Positions 1 to 9,293 of a stretch of 64,000 nt of DNA are shown one piece after another (position 1 is the stretch's first letter; each line of letters begins with the position of its first letter). A program made the translations under genes and the position numbers. The notes under the pieces were generated by a model. It did not search any database, was not told the origin of the DNA, and worked only from the letters and a program-made list of their open reading frames with translations. Origin of the DNA: Chloroflexota bacterium (lineage in GTDB: Bacteria > Chloroflexota > Dehalococcoidia > JABGRK01). The stretch lies in contig JABGRK010000010.1 in NCBI GenBank assembly GCA_018648325.1, forward strand, positions 200,621-264,620. Reading direction: 5' to 3'.

Positions 1-25
1 TCACGATGAAACACTTACCAAGCCG

Positions 26-427
26 GTGCCCGTAAAAGAAGGCGCACTACAGCTGCTTGATTATCTTGAGCGTGAAGGTATGAGGAAAGTGGTAGTTACA
101 TCGTCTCGCAAGGAGAACTCTGTGATCAAGCTGACCAACGCCGGGCTACTGAACTACTTCGAGTTCATACTGGGCGGAAACCAGATAGAAAACGGTAAAC
201 CGCACCCCGAAATGTATCTCACCGCAGCCGAAATGCTCAACGTGAAGCCGGATAAATGCCTGGCCATAGAAGACTCCGACAACGGCGTGCTTTCTGCCTA
301 CAACGCCGGTATGACGGTGATACAGGTGCCTGATATAAATCAACCAAGCGATAAAGTCAAGGCGCTGGGGCACACAATCATGAGCTCTCTTACCGACATA
401 GAGCGTTTGCTAAAACAGGACTCTTAG
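26..427 (+). CDS. HAD-superfamily hydrolase (beta-phosphoglucomutase-like), 3' fragment; 5' end is outside the window
   Basis: ORF runs in from the window edge. C-terminal HAD motifs are present (K...EDS(D/N)G...). No start codon is visible. Confidence 0.65.
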   Translation: MPVKEGALQLLDYLEREGMRKVVVTSSRKENSVIKLTNAGLLNYFEFILGGNQIENGKPHPEMYLTAAEMLNVKPDKCLAIEDSDNGVLSAYNAGMTVIQVPDINQPSDKVKALGHTIMSSLTDIERLLKQDS

Positions 428-1137
428 GCCTTTTTGGCCGTATACGCCGCCGCAATTCCCCACAGCAGGGTCTTGCACTGCACACTGTTAAAACCCCCGT
501 CCAGCAGCAATCGGCACACCTCAGATGCATTATAGTAGTTCGCTGCGGACTGTCCCAAGTACTTATATGCACCTTTTTGTCCCGATATCAGCGCTCCCAT
601 GGTAGCAGACAGTTTTTTCAGGTAGAAGTGATACAGCTTGCGGATGGGGGTGATATCCGGCTGGCATGTCTCCAGTATCATGAAACGCCCGCCGGGACGC
701 ATTACCCGCAATATCTCAGCCAGAAACTTGTCCCGCATTGGGTTTTTGTAGGTAAGGTTACGGAAGCCGTATGAGATGGTGATAGCATCAAAATAATCGT
801 TTTCGTAAGGTAGGTCGGCTGCATCGCCGGTCTTAAACGTTACCCTGCTTGCTAGTCCGCACGCTTCTGCTTTATACCACGCCACATCGAGCATCGGTTC
901 AGAGAAGTCCACACCCGTTATTTCTACGCTTGCCGGTGCCAGCCTTGCCAGATGCAGAGCCATGTCGCCGGTGCCGCAGCAAAGATCCATCACCCGGTCC
1001 GGTTTTGTATCGATACAGGCCTTTGCCACCTGTTTGCGCCAGCGCTCGTCAAAGCCAAGCGTTAGCACGCGGTTGACCAGATCGTAGCGTTTGGGCACCG
1101 TATTAAACATGGCAAGTAGCGGTTTTCGCATTGGCAT
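424..1137 (-). CDS. ubiE: Demethylmenaquinone/ubiquinone C-methyltransferase (UbiE/MenG family)
   Basis: 237 aa. SAM motif DLCCGTGD. End-to-end similarity to the UbiE/MenG pattern (YDLVN...LGFDERWR...). ATG has an upstream RBS. Confidence 0.85.
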   Translation of the reverse strand: MPMRKPLLAMFNTVPKRYDLVNRVLTLGFDERWRKQVAKACIDTKPDRVMDLCCGTGDMALHLARLAPASVEITGVDFSEPMLDVAWYKAEACGLASRVTFKTGDAADLPYENDYFDAITISYGFRNLTYKNPMRDKFLAEILRVMRPGGRFMILETCQPDITPIRKLYHFYLKKLSATMGALISGQKGAYKYLGQSAANYYNASEVCRLLLDGGFNSVQCKTLLWGIAAAYTAKKA

Positions 1138-1302
1138 TAAGTATATAACAAAACCGGATCACACGCCGCTGTTTATAGAACCCCGCGTAACACTGCTAAT
1201 CGCACCGCCATATGACCTATCTCATTGACAGGTGTTATTTGCCATACGTTATAGTTATATCAGGTGTCATTATATGAAATCCTATGGTCCAGGAGGAAAA
1301 CG

Positions 1303-3120
1303 ATGAAAAAATACTTACTACTGCTACCTCTTATAGCACTGGTGCTCACAGCAATTAGTTGTGGCACCCCGGATGGTGGCGGAGAAACAATCACAGCCAA
1401 TAATTTTCGTTTTTTAATCAGTGATGAAGTCAATGCAATAGCTGAATTTAGCAGCCTCGAGGTAACCATATCCAAAATTGGCGTACAAAAAAGTGGCGAT
1501 GATGGCGGTTGGATCGAATTGGAGCCAGCGGTTACCACAGTTGATCTGGTCCAATTACAGGGACTTAACGCCACCGAGATATGGAGCGGAGACCTGGATC
1601 CAGGGCAGTACACAAAGGTATTTATATACGTCGACAGCGTAAGCGGAATACTTAAGACGGGCCAGGCTGCTGATGTGTTTTTACCCAGCGGAAAGATACA
1701 GATATCCAGTCCGTTTGTAGTTACCGAGGATGTTGTCATTCTGGATGGGGCTCCGGTCAGCTTCGTCTATGACATCACCGTGATTCAGGCCGGGCAGAGT
1801 GGTAAGCATGTCCTGCAACCTCAAGTAGGTCAGAGCGGAGCCACCCAGAGTTTCTTTGAGGTAAGCGAGGGAGCTCTCTCTATTGATGTTGAAGGCCTGA
1901 TTGAGGCCGGGAAAACTGCCAGTATCTACGTTTCCTATGAGGGTGATCCGGTCCAGGGCGCAACAGTTAAGGTAGAGGATTATGAACTCGATGGGTTAAC
2001 CGATGCTGCCGGTATGATCACCTTTGTTGTTCCTGATGACGATGAGATCAAGATCAAGGCAAAATCGGATGAGCTGGAAGGCGAACTGAGGATAGACCTG
2101 GAGAGAGAAGAGAAACTAAAAGAAAAGAAAAAAGATGAGAATGAAGATCTCATAGTCACAGCCGTTGGCAATATCGTACCTGGGCAGAGCGCAACCATAC
2201 TGGTTACCAACGATGCCGGCCCGGTGGAAGGCGCCTATGTTGATGTAAATGATGAAGAGCTGGCAAATCAAACCGGTGCAGATGGAAAAATTTCGTTTAC
2301 CGTTCCTGCGGACGAAGAGGTGGAAATAAAAGTCTTCGCCGGTAACAGTGAGGGTGAACTGGAACTCAAGCTGGGTGAAGACCTCAACCTTGAGATTACA
2401 GGCGACCTGACGGCAGGGCAAGAGACAACGCTTACAGTTACCTTTCAGGGAGCTACTGTAGAAGGCGCAATCGTTACGGTAAATGACGATGAACTTGAAG
2501 ATACAACCGATGAAAACGGTCAGGTGTCCTTCGTAGTCCCTACTGATGCCGACGAACTCGAGGTAAAAGTGGAGCAGGGTAATCTGGAAGGCGAACTCAA
2601 AATTAAGCTTGCCAGTGAACTAACAGGTGATCTGATTATTCGGGTTCAAGGTGCCCTCAAGCCGGGGCAAAAAACTGCTATTCGTGTGAGCTTGGATGGA
2701 AGCCCGGTGCAGGGCGCCAAAGTCAAAGTAAATGATGAAGAGCTGGATGATGCAACCGATGAGCAGGGTCGAATATCATTTGTTATACCTGATGAGGACG
2801 AAATAGAGATAGAAGCGAAGTTGGGCGATCTGGAGGGGAGCATTTCCATTGATCTGGAGCCCGCAGGGTCATTAGAGTTTGAGATAGAAATCGATGATTT
2901 TGAGTTTAGTCCGGCAACTTTAACTGTATCTGTAGGGGCAACCGTTACCTGGACCAACATGGATGGAGTTGCTCATACTGTAACTGCCGATGATCAAACG
3001 TTTGACAGCGGCAACATGTCGGATGGTGCTACGTTTTCCTATACCTTTACTATTGCCGGGCAGTTTGATTACATCTGCAAAATTCATCCGTCCATGCAGG
3101 GTGAAATAACCGTAGAATAA
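1303..3120 (+). CDS. Secreted lipoprotein: DUF4382-like N-domain + 4 tandem ~80-aa Ig-like repeats + C-terminal type-1 copper (plastocyanin/azurin-like) cupredoxin domain
   Basis: Real start is ATG at 1303, after a GGAGG RBS. Lipobox is LTAISCG. Internal 240-nt periodic repeats (GxPVxGAxVxVNDEEL...G...SF.VP...E.E.K) span about 1900-2880. The C-terminus carries Cu ligands H...C(K)IH...M (AHTV...YICKIHPSM). Confidence 0.8.
   Translation: MKKYLLLLPLIALVLTAISCGTPDGGGETITANNFRFLISDEVNAIAEFSSLEVTISKIGVQKSGDDGGWIELEPAVTTVDLVQLQGLNATEIWSGDLDPGQYTKVFIYVDSVSGILKTGQAADVFLPSGKIQISSPFVVTEDVVILDGAPVSFVYDITVIQAGQSGKHVLQPQVGQSGATQSFFEVSEGALSIDVEGLIEAGKTASIYVSYEGDPVQGATVKVEDYELDGLTDAAGMITFVVPDDDEIKIKAKSDELEGELRIDLEREEKLKEKKKDENEDLIVTAVGNIVPGQSATILVTNDAGPVEGAYVDVNDEELANQTGADGKISFTVPADEEVEIKVFAGNSEGELELKLGEDLNLEITGDLTAGQETTLTVTFQGATVEGAIVTVNDDELEDTTDENGQVSFVVPTDADELEVKVEQGNLEGELKIKLASELTGDLIIRVQGALKPGQKTAIRVSLDGSPVQGAKVKVNDEELDDATDEQGRISFVIPDEDEIEIEAKLGDLEGSISIDLEPAGSLEFEIEIDDFEFSPATLTVSVGATVTWTNMDGVAHTVTADDQTFDSGNMSDGATFSYTFTIAGQFDYICKIHPSMQGEITVE
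1900..2880 (+). repeat. Four in-frame tandem coding repeats (~240 nt each) inside the cupredoxin lipoprotein gene
   Basis: The protein-level repeat units start near aa 213, 303, 385 and 463 of the ORF. Confidence 0.6.
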
Positions 3121-3145
3121 AAACGTATTGCTACAAAACTTCAGG

Positions 3146-3178
3146 GAGGCCGATTTTCGGCCTCCTTTTTTGTGTCAC
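3146..3178 (+). terminator. Rho-independent terminator after the cupredoxin lipoprotein gene
   Basis: GGGAGGCCGATTTTCGGCCTCC hairpin followed by TTTTTTGT. Confidence 0.65.
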
Positions 3179-3217
3179 ATCGCTGATGGTATAATCGAAT
3201 CCAGCAGGAGGTCAGAT

Positions 3218-3604
3218 ATGCGAGAAGTTTTACTGGTTGGCGTTGGCGGTGCTCTGGGGGCTATGAGCAGGTACGGAGTGAGCCGTGCCATGATTCGTCT
3301 TATCGGGGAGTCTTTCCCTTACGGCACACTGGTAGTTAACTGCCTTGGCTCCCTGCTCATAGGTTTGCTTATGCAGACGCTGCTGGGCAGCGACCTTGTG
3401 CCGTCCTCCCTGCGTCTGGCCTTAATAGTAGGCTTTTTGGGGGCGTTTACCACGTTTTCCGCCTTCAGCTATGAAACGGTAACCTATTTTAAAAACGGGA
3501 GCTGGCATCTGGGAGCGGCTAACATCGCTGCAAACGTAGTGCTGGGCATAGGTTTTGTACTGCTGGGCATGGCCATTGCGCGGTATGTATTTAAAGTGGC
3601 GTAA
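3218..3604 (+). CDS. crcB: Fluoride ion channel CrcB/FluC
   Basis: 128 aa. Typical CrcB N-terminus (VGVGGALGAxSRY) and 4 TM segments. ATG at 3218 follows AGGAGG. An extended -10 (TGATGGTATAAT) lies at 3186-3197. Confidence 0.85.
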   Translation: MREVLLVGVGGALGAMSRYGVSRAMIRLIGESFPYGTLVVNCLGSLLIGLLMQTLLGSDLVPSSLRLALIVGFLGAFTTFSAFSYETVTYFKNGSWHLGAANIAANVVLGIGFVLLGMAIARYVFKVA

Positions 3605-3681
3605 CTGACGATTATCTCGCCGTCTTGATGTTTCGTGCAATGCCTGTGGAAGCTGAGGTAGACAAATAGAGGGAGTGAGTA

Positions 3682-3879
3682 TTACTTTTCGGGCGTTTTG
3701 ATAGTATCCTCAATCTTCCCCAGTTCTTCTAGTACTCTTTTGGTATCCTCTTTATTGAATTTAACGTCTGCGCCACATTTTGGGCATTTGATACTAGCGC
3801 CCGGATGTAGCTCCGATAGCTTTACGTTTATCTGCGTGTAGCATTTAGGACAATATACTTTTACTAAAAACTCTGCCAT
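3682..3879 (-). CDS. Small zinc-ribbon protein (CPKC...CPKC)
   Basis: 65 aa with two CxxC pairs. Confidence 0.5.
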   Translation of the reverse strand: MAEFLVKVYCPKCYTQINVKLSELHPGASIKCPKCGADVKFNKEDTKRVLEELGKIEDTIKTPEK

Positions 3880-4023
3880 GTCGCACCTCCACCAATACGT
3901 GTGCTAACAGGTTGATAGTAATCCATACGCTAAATAAGTGATATAACTAAAATCACATTTGACGATGCGATGTGATCGTAGCAAGTGAATAGTAGAAACG
4001 GGGCTATAACTTAAGGTTGGTCA

Positions 4024-4476
4024 TTATTTTGATTTAAGCAATTCTTCCAGAATCTGAACCGAATCGCGAACCAGGTCGGGGCATACGTTGGAGAAAAGCT
4101 GCTCATCACGTGCCTTGGCAAGTCCGTCCGGCGTGCTTAAATCGCATCCCAGCAGGTCTCGGCAGGCCAGTGCACCGTGCTTGGCCGTAAACTTTTCATT
4201 GAACTGCCTTACCAGATCGTATGTAATATCAACGCTCTCGCGCGGGTTTTCCGGCGAGATAGTTTGAGCCAATCCCAGCACTATATAGGCGCCGGTTACC
4301 GTTCCGCAGGTGTTCCCGCCACGAGCCATGCCCCCGCCAAAGGCCATCGCCGCCCTAAGCCCGACATCCAGATCGATGCCAAGCTGCTCGCAGAACACTG
4401 ATACTACCGACTGTGCGCAGTTTATGCGGTGCTCCTTCATTAGGTCGTGTGCATCTGATGATTTGCTCATAGCCAT
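4024..4476 (-). CDS. C_GCAxxG_C_C family putative redox-active protein
   Basis: N-terminal NCAQSV...C motif and a later GGGMARGGNTCGTVTGA stretch, both characteristic of this family. Confidence 0.65.
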   Translation of the reverse strand: MAMSKSSDAHDLMKEHRINCAQSVVSVFCEQLGIDLDVGLRAAMAFGGGMARGGNTCGTVTGAYIVLGLAQTISPENPRESVDITYDLVRQFNEKFTAKHGALACRDLLGCDLSTPDGLAKARDEQLFSNVCPDLVRDSVQILEELLKSK

Positions 4477-4592
4477 AGATTATAAGCGCTTTTGGGACCT
4501 CCCCAAACATGATTTGCCGGCTCGGCCGTTCTTCGCGCAACTCCTTATTTATGAATATTATTGTTTGATTTAGCTTGTGTCGCAGAATACCG

Positions 4593-4721
4593 CTACTTAA
4601 GCCTAACCTGTTTCATCGGTATGGCGCAGCAGATCAGTTGATCGTAACCTTCCTTGGTTATCAGCACCTCGTGACCACAGCGTGTGCAGTAATACTTTTC
4701 GCCTTTTTTGGTAGTTGCCAT
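4593..4721 (-). CDS. Desulforedoxin-like Fe(Cys)4 small protein (42 aa); absent from the ORF track because it is under 60 aa
   Basis: Translates to MATTKKGEKYYCTRCGHEVLITKEGYDQLICCAIPMKQVRLK. It matches the desulforedoxin pattern YxCxxCG...G..L.CC...M.KQ. A GGGAG RBS lies 7 nt upstream. Confidence 0.55.
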   Translation of the reverse strand: MATTKKGEKYYCTRCGHEVLITKEGYDQLICCAIPMKQVRLK

Positions 4722-4942
4722 ATTTATCTTTCTCCCTTACGTATTTCATCTGTATTTCACACAGAAATTTTTACTAAGATTAAGGTGTCCCCAATTCAAT
4801 GTCAAGTGTATTAAACAGTTTGGGAAGATCGCTACGTATTGATAAGTATAAATACCGATTGACACTGATCACTGTTTGGCATAAAATGTCATTGGCTAAA
4901 TTTCTAGTTACATTATGGATTATTGAAAAGGAGTATATTGGA

Positions 4943-5524
4943 ATGAAGAAAATAGTATTTATATCAGCAGCATTCATTTTATGCATAGCTCCAATCACGT
5001 TAGCTGGTTGTGGAACCACTACACCGGCCGAGTCAGTCACATACGATCTGAATAATATAGTATTTGACTATACGGATGATTACACTTTAAGCAATGTCGG
5101 AACTGTTACCGAAGCTGCCGGTGGAGTCCAGGTAACAAAAGATGGAGCAGACGGAGGATTGTTCCAGGTAGCATGGGCGGAACAGGATGACAAGGCAACA
5201 CTGGATGCGTTCGCGATAAGTCTGGAATATGATGATCTCTATGATTACTACATAAATGCCAGCTATGATGTTATGAAAGTTTTGGGAACCGAGGAACACG
5301 TTGGAACTGTACAAACAGGCACACATTTGGGGCACACGTTTCAATACAAAACTTACACGCTGACAGCTGCGGAGGGTGATATGTATGGGGTCATTGGTGC
5401 TTTGTACTGTGATGATACCGAGAGAGGTATATCGCTGATCTATATGGATGCAATAGCCAGCGAGGCAGCAGCGCTAGCCGAGTTTAATACCTACAAAGAC
5501 TCCTTTGAGTGTCACACTGTTTAA
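4943..5524 (+). CDS. Lipoprotein, paralog A (C-terminal ~165-aa domain shared with 6040..7008)
   Basis: Start is ATG at 4943 after an AAGGAG RBS. Lipobox is LAGCG. About 70% identity to the C-terminal half of paralog B. Confidence 0.6.
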
Positions 5525-5688
5525 CCAGCAACAACTAAAATATTAAATTAACGTCTTTGGCAGTGGTGTTGTACAGTACTGCGGGCTATGTAAAGCATCA
5601 CTGCCTCTGTTTATTGTGCAGGTGACCATCTGGTAACCTGTCATGTGATAGTATGATGAATTCATGTTTGGCTTAGAAAGGAAACCCA

Positions 5689-5955
5689 ATGAATCACATT
5701 AGTATTTTGAACCTCACATTATGTACAATAATACTGGCACTAGGTGTCATGGGATACTCTAGAAAAAAGAACATACTCCCTTTGTTTATAGGAATAGCCT
5801 TTGGATTATTTGGTATTTCGCACCTACTCACAATAATTGGCCTAAAAGAAACACTGGAAACCTTTTTGATTGTAATCAGAACAATAGCCTATCTTACGGT
5901 TGTATACACCGTGTTTCAAATAGTATTCAAGACCCGAAATATGAGCAATTTATAA
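5689..5955 (+). CDS. Small membrane protein (2-3 TM), hypothetical
   Basis: 88 aa and hydrophobic. RBS AGGAAA upstream. Confidence 0.4.
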   Translation: MNHISILNLTLCTIILALGVMGYSRKKNILPLFIGIAFGLFGISHLLTIIGLKETLETFLIVIRTIAYLTVVYTVFQIVFKTRNMSNL

Positions 5956-6039
5956 GCGAAGATTAGCGAACCTTTAGATAGTTGTAATATGTATCGTGAT
6001 GGTATAATGCAGGTGATTTGCATGAGGAGTGGAATAAAA

Positions 6040-7008
6040 ATGAAAATTTGGACTCGGTACGTTTCAGTATTAATTATTGTTATATCCTTTCTATCATTTA
6101 CTAGTAACGCTTGTGGAGTTCTTACTGCGAAACAAACAGTAACCAACTGGCTTAGTGAGTTACAAGCGCAAAATGTGGATAGAATGTTAAATTACGAGAC
6201 AGATGATAGTATGGGCATGAGTTCTGAGCAACGTAGAGACGGTTACAATGAGAGTGTTGCGATAGTAGAATCCATAACACTATCCGATATTGAATTGACC
6301 ATTCAGTCGGCAACTGGGACCACAACCCAGATTGAAGCTGTATATTACATTGAAGTAAAAATCGATGATGATCCGCCATCTGGTTATACAGAAACTGCCA
6401 CTTATGACCTGCTGAAGATTGATGGAATTTGGTGGATTGATGATATTGCCTTTTCAGATGGTTTTTCTGCACAGGCACAGGCAAGGGCACTGGCAGCCGC
6501 CACACCGGCAGAGCTAACCTCGTATGACCTGAATAACATAGTATTCAGCTATATGGATGACTTTACCATCGGCAGTGTCGGAGATACACCAACATCGACC
6601 TCTGGCAGGGTCCAGGTAACAAAAGAAGGAGCAGATGGAGGGTTGTTTCAGGTGGCATGGGACGACCATACACCTATAGTAACCACAGAAGCATGGGCCA
6701 TAAGTCAGGGATACGATGACCTATATGATTATTACATAAGTGTGAACTATGATATGGTACAAACCCTGGGAACCGAAAAACACGCCGGGAGTATACAAAC
6801 CCGCACACATTTGGGCCACGAGTTTCAATACAGATCATTCACCCTAACATCGCCCGCGGGTGATATGTACGGGGTCATTGGCGTTTTATACTGTGATGAT
6901 ACTGGAAGAGGCATATCGCTGCTCTATATGAATGCCATATCAACCGAGGCAGCAGCGCTGGCTGAGTTTAATACCTACAAAGCTTCATTTGAGTGCCACA
7001 CTGTTTAA
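6040..7008 (+). CDS. Lipoprotein, paralog B: N-terminal small lipoprotein domain (related to the 10596..11003 product) fused to the domain shared with paralog A
   Basis: ATG at 6040 after GAGGAG. Signal peptide with lipobox (TSNACG). Domain architecture inferred by eye from self-comparison within the window. Confidence 0.6.
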   Translation: MKIWTRYVSVLIIVISFLSFTSNACGVLTAKQTVTNWLSELQAQNVDRMLNYETDDSMGMSSEQRRDGYNESVAIVESITLSDIELTIQSATGTTTQIEAVYYIEVKIDDDPPSGYTETATYDLLKIDGIWWIDDIAFSDGFSAQAQARALAAATPAELTSYDLNNIVFSYMDDFTIGSVGDTPTSTSGRVQVTKEGADGGLFQVAWDDHTPIVTTEAWAISQGYDDLYDYYISVNYDMVQTLGTEKHAGSIQTRTHLGHEFQYRSFTLTSPAGDMYGVIGVLYCDDTGRGISLLYMNAISTEAAALAEFNTYKASFECHTV

Positions 7009-7184
7009 CCAATAACAACTAAATAATAAATATATGTCTTAGGGCAGCCGAGATCCACAGTGATTAAAGCTGCCTTAAAACGTTATCGGCCTGGTGCAAT
7101 GCCGTCTTTTGTCCCAAACAACCCCATTCATAAAATGAACTTTTTCTGGATAAACAGCGTATATAGTATTAAGGGAGCATACGT

Positions 7185-7367
7185 ATGAGAGACAAATCCA
7201 TAGCACTTATTGCCGCAAGTGTGATCATGTTTATTCTGCTGTTCTTGCTGGCCTTCTACAGGGACGGCGCAGGTTACGTCTGGCTGCTGTTCCTGGCAGC
7301 AGGTGTGGGGTTCGCCGCAGTAGCAACCTATAGCATTGTGCAGGATACGGCTAAGGATAAAGAGTAG
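7185..7367 (+). CDS. Small membrane protein (2 TM), hypothetical
   Basis: 60 aa and hydrophobic. AAGGGAG RBS. Confidence 0.35.
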   Translation: MRDKSIALIAASVIMFILLFLLAFYRDGAGYVWLLFLAAGVGFAAVATYSIVQDTAKDKE

Positions 7368-7395
7368 TAATTATTTAACCTTGCCGCCAATTGCC

Positions 7396-8199
7396 TCAGG
7401 AATTCGCCTCTGAGCCTGCTTTGGGCAGCAGAATGATGTGCGGAGTATTGGAAGTTGGGTGTTTGGCAACATGCACCTTTGTTGAATATACCGCCTCGAT
7501 GGTTTCTTCTGTAAGCACCTCGGTTGGGGAGCCATCGGCGTAGATGTCCCCGTCCTTAAGCATGATAAGCCTGTCAAAGTACAGTGCCGCCAGGTTAAGA
7601 TCGTGCATCACCGCAGATATAGTGATGCCCTGCTCCCTGTTTAGCCTGCGCACCAGTTGCAGCAGCTCTATCTGATGGTTGATGTCCAGATGTGCAGTTG
7701 GCTCATCCAGCAGCAGCAGTTTTGGTTCCTGCGCCATTGCCAGCGCTATTATTGCTCTTTGCCGCTCGCCGCCGCTGAGCTCATTGAATATCCGATCTTT
7801 AAAATCGCCGATACCAGCCATTTCTATAGAATCATCAACCGCGTTGTGATCGTGCTCTTTCTCTCCCGCCAGCATTTTTATAAACGGGGTTCTGCCCAGC
7901 ATTACTACTTCTTGTACGGTAAACGAGAAGGGCATATAGAAGTACTGGGGCACCATTGCCACCTTGCGGGCGATTTTGTTTTTACTCAAGTCTGCCAGTT
8001 TCGCATTATCCAAAAGGATTTGCCCGGAAGTAGGTTTCAGTTCTCCGCTGGCCAGTTTCAGCAGCGTGGTTTTGCCCGAGCCGTTGGGACCGAGCAGTCC
8101 CACCATCTCCCCGTTTTGAATTTTAAGGTCGATGTTATTTACGGCAAAGCTACTTCCCCCGTATGAAAAGGAGCCCTGATCTATGTAGATGCTGCTCAA
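7396..8199 (-). CDS. btuD: ABC importer ATP-binding protein (BtuD/FepC/FecE family)
   Basis: Walker A GPNGSGKTT, signature LSGGERQR, Walker B LLLLDEP. Overlaps the upstream permease gene by 4 nt. Confidence 0.85.
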   Translation of the reverse strand: MSSIYIDQGSFSYGGSSFAVNNIDLKIQNGEMVGLLGPNGSGKTTLLKLASGELKPTSGQILLDNAKLADLSKNKIARKVAMVPQYFYMPFSFTVQEVVMLGRTPFIKMLAGEKEHDHNAVDDSIEMAGIGDFKDRIFNELSGGERQRAIIALAMAQEPKLLLLDEPTAHLDINHQIELLQLVRRLNREQGITISAVMHDLNLAALYFDRLIMLKDGDIYADGSPTEVLTEETIEAVYSTKVHVAKHPTSNTPHIILLPKAGSEANS

Positions 8200-9242
8200 A
8201 ACGTGTACTCCTTTTTGCTACGACGCAGCAGGTAGATGAAAAACGGTGCGCCGATAATAGCGGTCAGGGCACCCACTGGTAGTTCCGATGGCGAAAGTAT
8301 TGTGCGGGCGGCCAGATCGGCAATTATCAGAAAAATTGCGCCGCCAAGTGCAGAGGCCGGTAGCAGTAGTCGGTTGTCCGGACCGATTACCAAACGCATT
8401 GCGTGTGGCGTGATCAGCCCTACAAACCCGACCAGTCCGCTTATAGATACGGCGGTGGCCGTAAGCAGTGAGCCCAGTCCCAAAAATATCAGTTTTTCTT
8501 TTTCCGTGTTAATACCCAGATGTCCGGCCCCTTCCTCTCCTAAAGAGAGGGCGTTAAGGTGGCGTGCAAATAACTGCGCGATCAGAACACCGACAATTAC
8601 CAATGGAAACACAATTGCCAGCTTTTCCCAGGTTACGTTTGATATGCTGCCCATGAGGAATTTGAATACCTGTTGCAGCTGTAGCTGCAGTCGTTCGTTA
8701 ATGGACATAAGCAGCGTCATAGTGGCCGCCAGTAGCGAACTTATGGCAAATCCGGCCAGCAGCATGCTGATTACCGGCGTTCTGCTGCCTACACGTGCCA
8801 CGTTATAAACGATAAGCACCGTAACCAGTGCCCCAAAGAAAGCAAATATGGGCACTAACCCAAAGCTGAAGAAAGTGATTGTTATTGGGAGTATCATGGC
8901 TATGGTAGCTCCCAGCGCCGCTCCCGCCGATGTTCCTATGATGTATGGATCGGCCATGGGATTGCGCAGCAGGCCCTGAAAAAGGACGCCGGTGGTGGAC
9001 AATGCCGCTCCCACCAGCGCCCCTGCCAGTACTCTGGGTAGCCTTATGGTGAAAATTATAGTTTCATGTGTTTCCGTCCATGTAGGCTCAAAGTGAAAAA
9101 GAGCGGTCTTGTTCAGAGACATTTTTAGTATATCCAGCGCCGGTACATGTATGGTCCCGAACGTTGAAGCTATAACTACGCAGCACAGTAGTGCTATTGT
9201 AAGCACAACCAGTGTTAACGTAAAGCGTTTTTTGTTTCTCAA
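8196..9242 (-). CDS. btuC: FecCD-family ABC permease (BtuC-like)
   Basis: 348 aa, about 9 TM. Typical FecCD pattern (LLAGxALxxAGxxxQ...NPLAxP). Confidence 0.85.
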   Translation of the reverse strand: MRNKKRFTLTLVVLTIALLCCVVIASTFGTIHVPALDILKMSLNKTALFHFEPTWTETHETIIFTIRLPRVLAGALVGAALSTTGVLFQGLLRNPMADPYIIGTSAGAALGATIAMILPITITFFSFGLVPIFAFFGALVTVLIVYNVARVGSRTPVISMLLAGFAISSLLAATMTLLMSINERLQLQLQQVFKFLMGSISNVTWEKLAIVFPLVIVGVLIAQLFARHLNALSLGEEGAGHLGINTEKEKLIFLGLGSLLTATAVSISGLVGFVGLITPHAMRLVIGPDNRLLLPASALGGAIFLIIADLAARTILSPSELPVGALTAIIGAPFFIYLLRRSKKEYTF

Positions 9243-9293
9243 ATCAGCCCTCTTTTATTTCATAATGAGTGTTTTAAATCGCTACTGCCTGTT

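Noticed and set aside
1260-1739. Antisense ORFs inside large genes, such as 1260..1739(-), 1980..2210(-), 29163..29876(-), 31095..31697(-) and 8236..8808(+)
   Set aside because: They lie entirely within, and antisense or out-of-frame to, strongly supported genes. They are low-complexity (Ser/Pro/Arg-rich) and have no RBS. Typical shadow ORFs.
3121-3217. Possible fluoride riboswitch in front of crcB (GCUGAUGG resembles part of the crcB motif)
   Set aside because: Only the GCUGAUGG fragment matches. The rest of the ~52-nt consensus (GGCGAUGG...CGCC...AAACnGCC...CCUCUAC) and the pseudoknot partners are not present. The region is better explained by the upstream terminator plus an extended -10 promoter. 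Needs a cmsearch to be sure.
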